64,000 nt of DNA from an uncultured Alphaproteobacteria bacterium. GTDB lineage: Bacteria > Pseudomonadota > Alphaproteobacteria > Rhizobiales > Xanthobacteraceae. The stretch covers positions 866 to 64,865 of the forward strand of contig CAVQIB010000007.1 of NCBI GenBank assembly GCA_963712435.1. Reading direction: 5' to 3'. The notes under the pieces are model-generated. The model was given only the letters and a program-made list of their open reading frames with translations. It was not told the origin of the DNA and made no database searches. Made by a program: the position numbers and the translations under genes. Below are positions 11,850 to 21,796 of this stretch, piece by piece. Position 1 is the first letter of the stretch. Each line of letters opens with the position of its first letter.

Positions 11850-14145
11850 GTGAAAGTAGAGATGAAGCGCTCCATCTCCTTGCGGAGACAAGTTTCTCCA
11901 TCCCTCTTCCCGAACCGGACGTGCAGGTTTCCAAGCATCCGGCTCTCTATGCATGGGCGCTCGCGCGCCTATGGGTGGGCCTCAGATGTGTCTGAGACGT
12001 TGGAACGCATTCCAGAAGCCGCGCACGCTTTCGCGTTGCTGGTGCTCCCCGTCTGTGTTCCAACCGTTCGGCTTCGCAATGCTCTGATCCGGGTAATGCA
12101 GGTTCCTCCGTCACAGAGAAACCGCAGGCGTTTGGCCCCTTCGGTCCATTGCCGTCGTTGTCCCGGGGCGCTGAGATAAAAGCGGCGGCGCAGCATCGGC
12201 CACGTCGCCTTTCCGTGCTTTCTTCTCGGCCAGCGCCCCACGCGCTGCCATATCCAATAATCAAGGTGGCTGAACTCGCGATACGCCCTTATGGCGTATC
12301 GGTAATAGTTCCTCCATCCCACGATGATCGGATTGAGGTCGCCGATGACTTCGGCGAGAGAGCACCCGGTGGGGATGCCTTTCACCATGACCTTGATCTT
12401 GTGACGCAGGTCGTTCAGCTTGCCCTTCGGGATGAAGAGCTTGCCGACCCAGTGCCCCGTGCGGAGCGCTTTGGCCTGCACCACCCGGTAGCCAAGGAAG
12501 TCGAAGCCTTCCCTGACGTCGGTGACCCTTGTCTTTTCCATCGACAACTCCATGCGAAGCTCCGTTTTCAGGAACTGCGCCAGCGCGAGCTTTTCCGCCT
12601 CCGCTTGCTCTCTCGTGCCGTCAACGAGGACGACAAAGTCGTCCGCGTATCGCACCATGTAGAACGCCGTCTTGCCCTGTTTGCGATCTCTCGCCCTTCG
12701 GGCAGCGGCATTGATACTTGGTTCACGAGGGCGCATGGACCATCGTCCGTAACGCTCGTCGATGGCTGTCAGGTAGATATTCGACAGCATCGGCGAGATG
12801 ATCCCGCCTTGCGGCGAGCCTGTTACGGGGTGACGAACGGTCCCCTCGATCATCACGCCCGCTTTCAGGAATGCGAAGATCAGCCTCAGCACCTTGCGGT
12901 CACTGATGCGTCGTCGCACGCCCTCCATCATGACGTGGTGATCAATGGCGTCGAAGCAGCCCTTGATGTCGCCTTCTATGACGTAGCGATAGACCGAGGG
13001 TCCGCGCCGCGTCGGGTGAAGGACTTTCTGGATTCTCACCAGAGCATCGTGGGTGCTCCGTCCTTTGCGGAACCCGTAAGAGGTCGGATAGAAGTCCGCC
13101 TCGAAGATGGGCTCCAGGATCAGCTTCAAAGCCATCTGTACCAGGCGGTCGATCAGCGTGGGAATGCCGAGTGGCCGGAACTGCCCCGGCTTGCCGGGCT
13201 TCGGGATGAGCCGTTGCCTGACAGGCTCCGGGCAATATGTTCCGTTGCGGAGCGCCTCTCGGATTTCTTCGAGGAACGCCGCTGCGCCACCGGGACGCTG
13301 TTCGACCGTGTACCGCGTCATCCCGTCCGTGCCCGGTGTCCGACTGCCGCTGTTGCGGGCGAGCCTTCGCCAAGCCTCGTTCAGAGTTCTGCGGTCACAT
13401 ACGAGATTGAACAGATCAACAAAGACCTTATCGGGGTCCTCGTTGCTCCACCGATACAGCTTGCGCTGCATGTCGAGGACGAACGAGATATTCATCTCGC
13501 CGGACATGCGTCCACCCCCTGCCTGCTTGCTGTATCCACTGCCTCCCTTCGCCATGTGGACGGCTTTCCCGTCCTCGGACTACTACGAAGGCTCCGTCCC
13601 TTGTCGCCACGATCGCTGGTCACTTCAGCCATCCGGTGTCGGAAACTGCCGGAAGCAACGACAAGGTTCTTAGGTTCCGCAACTGATCTCTCGCCTGCTT
13701 TAGGCGCCGACTTTACCCCGTGTGGAATCTGGCCTCGACACCACGCAAACCCATATCGAGGCTGGCGCGCAGCATGCTGCGTGCCCCCAGTCCATGTACG
13801 CATAGGACGGACCAACACTCCACCGATCGGTGGTTCGCACCACAGATCGACCCGCCCACTTCCGAGTTGGCGAGTTCGCGGTTCTACCGGGGCGTCCACC
13901 ATCGGTTCGGTTTCCCTCGCCATGGCAAGCTCGCTGGCCGGACCAGCTACGGGATCGGAAGTCCCCGTCCGTCCGACTTTGATGGGTTCTGCTGATTTAT
14001 GGCTCCCCGGAAGCACCCGGTTTGCCTCACCCATCTGCTCATCACCGCATGTTGCGTCATACGGCGCGCGGGGTCTCTCACCCTGCGAGATCAGGAACGA
14101 CAGTAAAATCAAAGCACTCCTTTCTTTGATTAGGACCTAACGCAC
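11850..14145 (-). mobile_element. Complete group II intron (ribozyme plus RT/maturase ORF)
   Basis: Minus-strand 5' end GTGCG at 14145; domain V GAGCCGGATGCTTGGAAACCTGCACGTCCGGTTC (~11912-11945); domain VI ending CTACTTTCAC at 11850; candidate EBS1 loop at 13797-13803 complementary to the 5' exon. Confidence 0.93.
11969..13507 (-). CDS. ltrA: Group II intron reverse transcriptase/maturase, no HNH endonuclease domain
   Basis: IPKPGKPGQFRPLGIPTLIDR, EGDIKGCFDAIDH, GSPQGGIISPMLSNIYL, RYADDF, GFDFLGY; domain X LNPIIVGWRNYY. Confidence 0.95.
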   Translation of the reverse strand: MSGEMNISFVLDMQRKLYRWSNEDPDKVFVDLFNLVCDRRTLNEAWRRLARNSGSRTPGTDGMTRYTVEQRPGGAAAFLEEIREALRNGTYCPEPVRQRLIPKPGKPGQFRPLGIPTLIDRLVQMALKLILEPIFEADFYPTSYGFRKGRSTHDALVRIQKVLHPTRRGPSVYRYVIEGDIKGCFDAIDHHVMMEGVRRRISDRKVLRLIFAFLKAGVMIEGTVRHPVTGSPQGGIISPMLSNIYLTAIDERYGRWSMRPREPSINAAARRARDRKQGKTAFYMVRYADDFVVLVDGTREQAEAEKLALAQFLKTELRMELSMEKTRVTDVREGFDFLGYRVVQAKALRTGHWVGKLFIPKGKLNDLRHKIKVMVKGIPTGCSLAEVIGDLNPIIVGWRNYYRYAIRAYREFSHLDYWIWQRVGRWPRRKHGKATWPMLRRRFYLSAPGQRRQWTEGAKRLRFLCDGGTCITRIRALRSRTVGTQTGSTSNAKACAASGMRSNVSDTSEAHP

Positions 14146-14471
14146 ATGCGCAAGCCACGGGACTTTGATGCAGAACTGAAGGCGCTCGAAGACAAGGCAC
14201 GCGGGCTCAAAACCCGCAAGGTGCAGCAGCTCGGCGAACTGGTCATCACCACCGGCGCGACACACTTACCGCCAATGAATTGGCGGGTGCGCTGATCGTG
14301 CTCGCCGAGACAAAAGAGGCCGGAAAGAGGGAGGCATGGGCCAGGCGCGGGGCCGCGTTCTTTCAGGGACGGTCGCGGCGATCTGCACCGGCAACTGACC
14401 GCGACACGGACGGCGCTCCTGCGCAACCGGGCAGCGCGCAACCGGCATCAGGCCGCAAGAGCGCGACATGA
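14146..14471 (+). CDS. traC: Conjugal transfer accessory protein, TraC/TraD family (frameshift near 14262; separated from its RBS by the intron)
   Basis: MRKPRDFDAELKALEDKARGLKTRKVQQLGELVI..ELAGALIVLAETKEAGKREAWARRGAAFFQG. Confidence 0.8.
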
Positions 14472-14472
14472 C

Positions 14473-14772
14473 ATGCGCACGTGGCAGGTCGAGCGTCGCA
14501 AGCGCACGCGGCACCTCATCGAACTCGGCGGCCTCGTCGTCAAAGCTGGGATCGTGGATCTGACCGGCGACGATCGTGCCATGATCTTCGGCGCGCTGCT
14601 CTGGATGGCCCACAAGCTCCGAAGCGATCAGGGTGAACACGCGCGGCGTTTGGATGAAGCAGGGGAAGATGGCCTAGAGGTGGATAGGCCGTCGGACGTA
14701 GAAACAGACCCGACCCACAGCAGGACCAACCATAAGCGATGGCGGGCGGCGCGGAGACCTCAAATTTCGTAG
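14473..14772 (+). CDS. traD: Conjugal transfer protein TraD family (C-terminus degenerate)
   Basis: ERRKRTRHLIELGGLVVKAGIVDLTGDDRAMIFGALL. Confidence 0.82.
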   Translation: MRTWQVERRKRTRHLIELGGLVVKAGIVDLTGDDRAMIFGALLWMAHKLRSDQGEHARRLDEAGEDGLEVDRPSDVETDPTHSRTNHKRWRAARRPQIS

Positions 14773-15170
14773 CGGCGCCCCGCCATCGCGCGGCCTGCCA
14801 ACTCTTGATGCGGCGCCCGGCATGGGAGCGACCAGGTCCGCCGAATTGTTTGGCAAGCCAGACACGCTCTTTGCGCAGCTCGCTGACTCCGCTGAGGCAG
14901 CAGCGCTACACAGCCGATAGCGCTTTCCTTCAGTATCACGCTGCCGATACCGCAAACAGGCTGGCAGCGGGCGAACCGGAGTGCGGTGGAACGCGGCAAA
15001 ACCTCGCTCTCGGCGAGCTTCTTGAAAGCCTCGAACCGATCGGCGGGATGCATGTTCTCGTGCGCGAAGTTCTCATCGAGGCTGATTTCGAAGGCGCTGT
15101 TGGCGGTGTCGACGACACAGCGGATCGGCTCGGTCCCTTTGATCTCCTTGCGCCTGACGCGTAAAAGCTA
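14760..15170 (-). pseudogene. Remnant of a ParB/RepB/Spo0J-family protein
   Basis: EISLDENFAHENMHPADRFEAFKKLAE resembles the region after the ParB N-terminal domain in alphaproteobacterial element ParBs; degenerate on both sides. Confidence 0.6.
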
Positions 15171-15309
15171 GCGCCCTGCAGGTTTGGAAACGCGTCGCTA
15201 CAAATACAACGCCACGGTTCGCCACAGTACTCCATTCGCGTTTTTCATCTTCACCTTTCGCGGCCTATCGCTTCTTATCTCCACAGGCACCGCGCAGGGG
15301 AGGATCTAG

Positions 15310-15591
15310 ATGGGCCACGACATCTCACCGCTATCCGAGCGCACCATCCGGCGAGACCAACTGCGCGAGATGGTGCCGCTGGCCGACAGCACAATCTACG
15401 AGATGGAGCAGCGCGGCGAATTTCCGCGACGCTTCGCGCTGTCGCCGCGCTGCATCGTCTGGGATCTCGCCGAGGTCCAGGCCTGGTTGCTGGCGCGGCG
15501 CGCGAAGCCAATTCCCCGCACCGCATCCCGACGTCACCAACGCGAGTCCCGCCCGGTCAAAGGGCAGGATCGAGCGCGAAGAGCGGCATGA
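15310..15591 (+). CDS. AlpA-family regulator/recombination directionality factor
   Basis: TIRRDQLREMVPLADSTIYEMEQRGEFPRRFALSPRCIVWDLAEVQAWL; convergent with the integrase. Confidence 0.88.
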   Translation: MGHDISPLSERTIRRDQLREMVPLADSTIYEMEQRGEFPRRFALSPRCIVWDLAEVQAWLLARRAKPIPRTASRRHQRESRPVKGQDRARRAA

Positions 15592-16815
15592 CGTCGGCAT
15601 CAGCGTCGGGCACGTACTTCCGGCCCTCGACCCAGGCATCGACGGTGTCCGCCCATTCCTGCATCATGTGGCGACGCTGCACCTCGTACTCGGCCTTGTT
15701 GTAGACGCCGCGCGACGAACGCCCGTCCTCGTGCGCCAGGCACTTTTCGATCCAGTCGCGGTTGAAGCCCGAGTTCGTTCAGCAGCGTCGACCCCGTGCG
15801 CCGCAGGTCATGGACGGTGAACGGCTCCAGCGGCAGCCCCTCCTTCTTCGCCCGTTCGACGACCGCGTAGGTGACCCGGTTGAAGGTCGCGCGCGACATC
15901 GGCGCATCCGCATCGTAGCGGGACGGCAGCAGGTATCTGGAATTACCGGCGCAGGTCTTCAGCGCGATCATGATGTCGAGGATCTGGCGGGACAGGTAGA
16001 CATTGTGCGGCTTCGATCGCTTCATGCGCTCCTTCGGGATCGTCCAGACCGCGTTCTCGAAATCGACCTCGTCCCAGACCGCGTCCTGCAGCTCGCTCTT
16101 GCGGACCATGGTGAGCAGGTAGAGCTTCATGCCGAGGCGGATCGTCGGCAGCGTCGCGACATGCTCGAGCTGCTTGAGCATGATGCGGATCTCGGTCGGC
16201 GAAAGCGACCGGTCCTTCGGCATGAAGGTGGCGATCGAGGCCGGACCAACGTCATCGGCCGGGTTGGCGACCTTCTCGCCGTGGAGGATCGCGAAGCCGT
16301 AGATCTGCTTCAGGATATCGCGCACATGGATGGCCGTCGCCGGCGCGCCGCGTTCCACGATCTTGCGCGCAGTGGGCGCGCAGGTCGTCAGGCGTGATCT
16401 CGGTCAGCAGACGGTTGCGCCAGACCGGCAGCAGTTCACGCTCGAAGATGGCGCGCCGCATGGCGCGCGTGCTGTCGGCCATCGGCGCGCCGGTCAGCCA
16501 CTTCTCGCCGAACTCGCCGAAGCTCTTGGCCTCCTTGAGCCGGCGCTTCTCGCGCTGCTTCTCGATGGCGGGGGACCGCCCCTCGCCGATCACGCGTTTC
16601 GCGTCGAGGCACATTCGCGCGCCCGGGCGAGCGAGATCCCGTCTCGGGCCGTACTTGCCAAGATAGACGGTCTCGCGCCGGCCGTTCAGCCGGTAGTCGA
16701 GCCTGAACGAGATGCGCGCCTGTCGGCGCGACGCGCACGTACATGCCGTCACGATCGGTCACCTTGTACATTTTGTCTTTTGGTTTCAGGCCTTGAGTGC
16801 TGCATCCGTCAACAT
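15557..16815 (-). CDS. P4-like tyrosine integrase with arm-binding domain (several frameshifts)
   Basis: MLTDAALK..YKVTDRDGMYV, TMVRKSEL (catalytic R), HDLRRTGST, CLAH..GVYNKAEY; adjacent to the guaA 3' end. Confidence 0.92.
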
Positions 16816-16831
16816 CTCGGCCTCCTCGCGG

Positions 16832-16947
16832 AAAAGTACCGTCACGCGGTTTTTGGAGGCTCTTGACGCGGATATCTCTTTATCTATCAGACGTCTTAGG
16901 CTGAAAAAAAGTACCGTCACGAGCCTCAGTCGCTGTGACGGTACTTT
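16832..16947. promoter_or_regulatory. Putative integrase arm-type binding sites
   Basis: AAAAGTACCGTCAC at 16832-16845 and 16907-16920; inverted copy GTGACGGTACTTT at 16935-16947. Confidence 0.65.
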
Positions 16948-17113
16948 CGAATTTTCCGGATGATCAATAGGCGGCGAGGTCCGTCAGCGAGCCCGCCAGA
17001 CGCGATTCATGCCCACCGATAGCTCTCGAAGGTCGACGGCTAAATTATTTTTGTTTTTCAGGTGGTTAGGTCGTACTCTGGCGTAGTTTCGGATACCCTC
17101 GGATGGGCAAAAA

Positions 17114-18667
17114 TTATTCCCACTCGATCGTGCCGGGCGGCTTTGACGTGATGTCGTAGACGACGCGGTTGACGCCCTTCACCTCGTTGATGATGCGGGT
17201 CGCGACATGGCCGATGAAGGCCATGTCGAACGGGTAGAAGTCGGCCGTCATGCCGTCGACCGAGGTCACCGCGCGCAGGCCGACGACGTAGTCATAGGTG
17301 CGGCCGTCGCCCATCACGCCCACCGTCTTGACCGGCAGGATCACGGCAAAGGCCTGCCAGATGTCGTCATAGAGGCCGGCGCGGCGGATTTCCTCGATAT
17401 AGATTTCGTCGACGAAGCGCAGAATCTCGAGCTTCTCCGCGGTGATCTCGCCGAGGCAGCGGATCGCGAGCCCCGGCCCCGGGAACGGATGGCGGCCGAC
17501 GAACACGTCCGGCAGATCGAGCTCGCGGCCGAGCGCGCGCGCCTCGTCCTTGAACAGTTCGCGCAGCGGCTCGACGAGCTTCATATGCATGCGCTCGGGC
17601 AGGCCGCCGACATTGTGGTGCGACTTGATGGTGACCGAGGGCCCCCCGGTAGGCGAAACGCTCTCGATCACGTCGGGATAGAGCGTGCCCTGGGCGAGGA
17701 ATTCGGCGCCGCCGAGCTTTTCCGCTTCTTCCACGAACACGTCGATGAACAGCTTGCCGATGATCTTGCGCTTGTCTTCCGGATCGGTGACGCCGGCGAG
17801 CCCCGCGATGAAGCGCTCGCGCGCGCGCACATGCACCAGCGGGATGTTGTAGCTGCCGCGGAACAGCGACATCACGCGCTTCGCCTCGCCCCGCCGCAGC
17901 AGGCCGTGATCGACGAACACGCAGGTGAGCTGGTTGCCGATCGCCTCGTGCAGCAGCACCGCGGCGACCGCCGAATCGACCCCGCCGGAGAGCCCGCAGA
18001 TCACGTTGCCCAGCCCGACCTGGGCGCGGATTTTCTCGATCGCCTCCTCCTTGAAGGCGCGGATGGTCCAGTCGCCGGCGCAGCCCGCCACCTTGCGCAC
18101 GAAATTGCGCAACAGCGCCGCGCCGTGCGGCGTGTGCATCACTTCGAGATGGAACTGGGTCGCGTAGAACTTGCGCGCATCGTCGGCGATCATGGCGATC
18201 GGCGCATTCGCCGAGGTCGCGACCGCGCGGAAGCCGGGCGGCAGCTCCGTCACCCGGTCGCCATGGCTCATCCATACCGGGTATTTTTCGCCGACCGTCC
18301 ACACCCCGTCGAACAGCACGCATTCCTCGGTGACCTGCACCTCGGCGCGGCCGAACTCGCCGTGATGGCCGGCCTCGACTTTGCCGCCGAGCTGATGGGC
18401 CATCGCCTGTTCGCCATAGCAGATGCCGAGGATCGGCACGCCCGCCTGATACAGCGAGGCGGGCGGCAGAGGCGCGCCCGCTTCGAGCACCGAGCAAGGG
18501 CCGCCCGACAGGATGACGCCCTTCGGCTTCATCGCGGCGAACGCGGCTTCGACCTTCTGGTAGGGAACGATCTCGGAATAGACCCGCTCCTCGCGCACGC
18601 GCCGCGCGATCAACTGAGTCACCTGCGAGCCGAAATCGACGATGAGGATCTTGTCATGCGTAGCCAT
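17114..18667 (-). CDS. guaA: GMP synthase (glutamine-hydrolysing)
   Basis: [50 protein letters not shown]. Confidence 0.99.
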   Translation of the reverse strand: MATHDKILIVDFGSQVTQLIARRVREERVYSEIVPYQKVEAAFAAMKPKGVILSGGPCSVLEAGAPLPPASLYQAGVPILGICYGEQAMAHQLGGKVEAGHHGEFGRAEVQVTEECVLFDGVWTVGEKYPVWMSHGDRVTELPPGFRAVATSANAPIAMIADDARKFYATQFHLEVMHTPHGAALLRNFVRKVAGCAGDWTIRAFKEEAIEKIRAQVGLGNVICGLSGGVDSAVAAVLLHEAIGNQLTCVFVDHGLLRRGEAKRVMSLFRGSYNIPLVHVRARERFIAGLAGVTDPEDKRKIIGKLFIDVFVEEAEKLGGAEFLAQGTLYPDVIESVSPTGGPSVTIKSHHNVGGLPERMHMKLVEPLRELFKDEARALGRELDLPDVFVGRHPFPGPGLAIRCLGEITAEKLEILRFVDEIYIEEIRRAGLYDDIWQAFAVILPVKTVGVMGDGRTYDYVVGLRAVTSVDGMTADFYPFDMAFIGHVATRIINEVKGVNRVVYDITSKPPGTIEWE

Positions 18668-18797
18668 GCGCCGGGGTTAGCGGATCGCGCGGCCCGCTGC
18701 AATGACGGACACACGCGTCAACGCCGCTTTTTTTGCGGCCGGCCGCGGCTTTCGCCCCGCCCCGGTGCGGACAATAAATCGCACTCCGATCAATCTG

Positions 18798-20105
18798 TTA
18801 TCTTTGGTCCGTCCGGCGCAGCAGGCTGACATAGAAAGCGTCCGTGCCGGTCCGCCGGGGCGTCATCAACAGGCCCTCCGGAGTCATCACCACCGCCGCG
18901 AGGAAGTCCGCCGCGCGCTCGCCCAGCGCGCGCACGACCTCCTCCGCTGCAACCGAAGCGAACTCCGGATGGCGCGCGAGGAATGCCTGCACCTGATCGC
19001 CGTTTTCCTCGGCGAGCACCGAGCACGTCACATAGGCGATGCGGCCGCCCGGCTTCACCAGCATGGTTGCACGCTCGAGCAGGTTCGCCTGCTCCTTGGT
19101 GCGCTCCGCGAGGGCGCCCGGCCGCACGCGCCATTTGGCGTCCGGGTTGCGCCGCCACGTTCCCGTTCCCGTGCAAGGCGCGTCGATCAGCACGAGGTCG
19201 GCGCGTTCCGCCTGGTCGGCGAGAACATCGAGATTGCGGCGGGGCGTGCGCACCTGAACATTGCGCGCGCCCGCACGCGCAAGCCGCGCATGGATCGGGG
19301 CAAGCCGGCGCAGATCGAGATCGCTCGCAAAAATCTGGCCGTGGTTTTCCATCAGCGCCGCGAGCGCGAGGGTCTTGCCGCCGCCGCCGGCGCAAAGATC
19401 GATCGCCTGCTCGCCCGGTTGCGCGCCCGTCAGCAGGGCGGCGAGCTGCGAGCCCTCGTCCTGGACCTCGACATGGCCCTTGAGATAGGCCGGCTCGGCG
19501 TGCACCGGCGGGCTCTTGGCGTCCGCGCCGATGACGATGCGCAGGCCGACCGGCGACCAAATGGTGGGCGTGGGCGTAAGATGCGCAAGCTCTGCGGCCG
19601 CCTTGTCGCGGTCGGCCTTTAGCGTATTGACGCGAAGATCGAGCGGGGCGCGGCGCGCGAGCGCAGCGCCCTCCTCCGCTCGCTCGTCGCCGAACGCCCG
19701 CGCCAACGGGAGATCGAGCCATTCCGGATAGTCGCCGCGGATGTGAGCGGGCGCGTCGGCGAGGGAATTCTCCGCGAGCGCTTGGCGCTCGGCCGGCGTG
19801 AGCGGAACGGGCGCGAAACGCCCGCCATCCGCGAGCCGGGCGATCGCCTCGACATCGAGGCCGCGTTCGAGCCGGAGCATGCCGAGCGCGACCGCGCGCG
19901 GCGTGGCTTCGCCCAACAGGAACGCCGCCGAGGCCTTGCGGCGCAGCGCATCGTAGACAAGGCCGGCGATCGCCGCCCGGTCGCCCGAGCCCGCGAAGCG
20001 ATGGGCGAGGCCCCAGTCCTTCAGCGCATCCGGCGCCGGACGCCGGCGCGCCTCGGTATCGGCAAGCACATCGATCGCAGCGGAGAGACGGGCGGCAGGC
20101 GTCAT
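18798..20105 (-). CDS. RsmB/NOP (Fmu/Sun) class RNA m5C methyltransferase
   Basis: MTPAARLSAAI, EVQDEGSQL, DLCAGGGGKTLAL, DAPCTGTGTWRRNPD, YVTCS. Confidence 0.93.
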   Translation of the reverse strand: MTPAARLSAAIDVLADTEARRRPAPDALKDWGLAHRFAGSGDRAAIAGLVYDALRRKASAAFLLGEATPRAVALGMLRLERGLDVEAIARLADGGRFAPVPLTPAERQALAENSLADAPAHIRGDYPEWLDLPLARAFGDERAEEGAALARRAPLDLRVNTLKADRDKAAAELAHLTPTPTIWSPVGLRIVIGADAKSPPVHAEPAYLKGHVEVQDEGSQLAALLTGAQPGEQAIDLCAGGGGKTLALAALMENHGQIFASDLDLRRLAPIHARLARAGARNVQVRTPRRNLDVLADQAERADLVLIDAPCTGTGTWRRNPDAKWRVRPGALAERTKEQANLLERATMLVKPGGRIAYVTCSVLAEENGDQVQAFLARHPEFASVAAEEVVRALGERAADFLAAVVMTPEGLLMTPRRTGTDAFYVSLLRRTDQR

Positions 20106-20284
20106 CAGGTTCTTTCCAGGTCGGCCGCGGCCCGCGAACGCCCGCGAGCCGCGCCTCGGCCCAAGCGCGGCGGCAAATCGCTGTCCGGTCGGCATGATTC
20201 TATCTCTCTCTCGCATCAATCCTCCGCGCATGGCAATGGACGCAGGCTATTGACAGCTAACTGTCAATATGACAGACAACTGTC

Positions 20285-20767
20285 ATGAGCCCACGTTTCC
20301 ACGCCTCGCAAAGCGCCGCCGGTCTCGCCGCGACCGAACTGATGCTCGAGACTTTCCGCTTGAACGGAGCCCTGCTCGCCGCCGGCGACCGCCTCGTCGC
20401 CCCGATCGGATTGACGAGCGCCCGGTGGCAGGTGCTGGGCGCGATTGCGATCGCCGGAGAGGCCCAGCCGGTCGCGCACATCGCGCGCGACATGGGCCTC
20501 ACGCGGCAGTCGGTGCAGCGCGTCGTCGACGATCTCGCGGCGGAGGGCCTCGTCGCCTTCCGACCGAACCCGCATCACCGACGCGCCAAGCTCGTCGCCC
20601 TGACCGATAGCGGGCGTCACGCCTACGAGGCCGCGATCGAGCGCCATTCCGCGTGGTCGAACCGGCTGGCGCGCGGCGTCGACCCGGCTGCGCTCGCGCA
20701 AGCGACCGCGTTGATGCGGGAGCTGCGCACGCGGCTTTTCTCCGACCTCAAAGCAAACGGGGACTGA
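20285..20767 (+). CDS. MarR-family regulator
   Basis: GLTSARWQVLGAI..VAHIARDMGLTRQSVQRVVDDL..NPHHRRAKLVALT. Confidence 0.9.
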   Translation: MSPRFHASQSAAGLAATELMLETFRLNGALLAAGDRLVAPIGLTSARWQVLGAIAIAGEAQPVAHIARDMGLTRQSVQRVVDDLAAEGLVAFRPNPHHRRAKLVALTDSGRHAYEAAIERHSAWSNRLARGVDPAALAQATALMRELRTRLFSDLKANGD

Positions 20768-20768
20768 T

Positions 20769-21260
20769 ATGATTGCAGCCAATCCGCCTTCATCGACGCC
20801 AGGAATCGCTCGTCTCGTTCATCCGATCGCCGGGGTCGTCGCCTTCGTCACCATCCTTACGTTCTGGACGGCGACGGTCTCCGCCGAACTGCTCGGTTCG
20901 CACGCCACCATTGCGGCGGTGAAACAGGCGATCGCCTGGGCGCTGTTCATTCTCGTTCCGGCGCTCGCCGTGACCGGGCTGACCGGCTTCCGCCTCGCCG
21001 CCGGCGCAGCGTCTCCGCTGCTTGCGCGCAAGACGCGCCGCATGCCAGTCATCGCCGGCAACGGCATCGCCATTCTCGTTCCGGCGGCGATTACGCTGGC
21101 GATCCTGTCGGCGCGCGGCGAGTTCGGCACGCCCTTCGTCGTCGTGCAGGCGATCGAGCTGCTGGCCGGCGCCGTCAACCTTGCGCTGATCGCGTCCAAC
21201 ATCCGGGACGGAATGCGGCTCGCCGGCCGCATCCGCCGCCCCTCGCTGGCGCGGAGCTAA
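20769..21260 (+). CDS. Four-TM membrane protein, co-transcribed with the MarR gene
   Basis: Four hydrophobic segments; starts 1 nt after the MarR stop. Confidence 0.75.
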   Translation: MIAANPPSSTPGIARLVHPIAGVVAFVTILTFWTATVSAELLGSHATIAAVKQAIAWALFILVPALAVTGLTGFRLAAGAASPLLARKTRRMPVIAGNGIAILVPAAITLAILSARGEFGTPFVVVQAIELLAGAVNLALIASNIRDGMRLAGRIRRPSLARS

Positions 21261-21679
21261 GTCCCGGTCAGGATGCGCAGCATGAAGATCGCCCACATCG
21301 CCATCAACACGGCCGCGCCCGTGATGAACACCGCGCCGCGTCGGGGCACGTCGTTGTCGGTGACATGGATGTAGGCGTGGCCAAGCCGAAGCAGCACGAA
21401 AACCCAGGCCAGCGCCACGAAAACGAAGTCCGCGTGCCGGGTGATGATCGACAGGATCGTCAGCACATAGAACAGAACCGGCAGCTCGAACTGGTTGTAG
21501 ACCGCGTTCTGGAGCTGCAGGACGGGCGGCGGCCAGTTCGGCTCGCGCAGCGCAATGTCGCGACGCTTCACCTCGCCGCGCCCGATCAGCGAGACGCGCC
21601 GATAGGCCAGCCAAGTGAGAAGTCCGAAGGTCAGCGCGACCTGGACGAATAGCGGCGCGAGCACAGCCGGCAGCGTCAT
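21257..21679 (-). CDS. MAPEG-family membrane protein
   Basis: NAVYNQFELPVLFY..LAWVFVLLRLGHAYIH. Confidence 0.88.
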   Translation of the reverse strand: MTLPAVLAPLFVQVALTFGLLTWLAYRRVSLIGRGEVKRRDIALREPNWPPPVLQLQNAVYNQFELPVLFYVLTILSIITRHADFVFVALAWVFVLLRLGHAYIHVTDNDVPRRGAVFITGAAVLMAMWAIFMLRILTGT

Positions 21680-21796
21680 GATGAGCCCCCAGAACCGTCA
21701 CTGACGATAGAGGGAACTCGCGGCGGCCGCCAGCCGTGCGCGGCAATCCCCGTCGCCCGTGGACGAACGGATCGAGGCTATGCCGCAGGGCGCTCG

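Larger units (their letters stand above)
10196..17125. mobile_element. Degraded integrative mobilisable island inserted at the guaA 3' end; left boundary not found and may include the RTX gene
   Basis: Integrase, two AlpA, traA/traC/traD and ParB remnant abutting the guaA stop (GAGTGGGAATAA); guaA 3' ends are an established target of P4-type integrases. Confidence 0.8.

Noticed and set aside
11969-13507. RT as a retron, DGR or defence RT
   Set aside because: It has domain X and is enclosed by a GTGCG 5' end and canonical domains V and VI, so it is a group II intron protein.
12149-14140. 663-aa plus-strand ORF over the intron, and similar long antisense ORFs over guaA, guaB, the RND pump and liv genes
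   Set aside because: Shadow ORFs caused by high GC on the strand opposite well-supported genes; no recognisable motifs.
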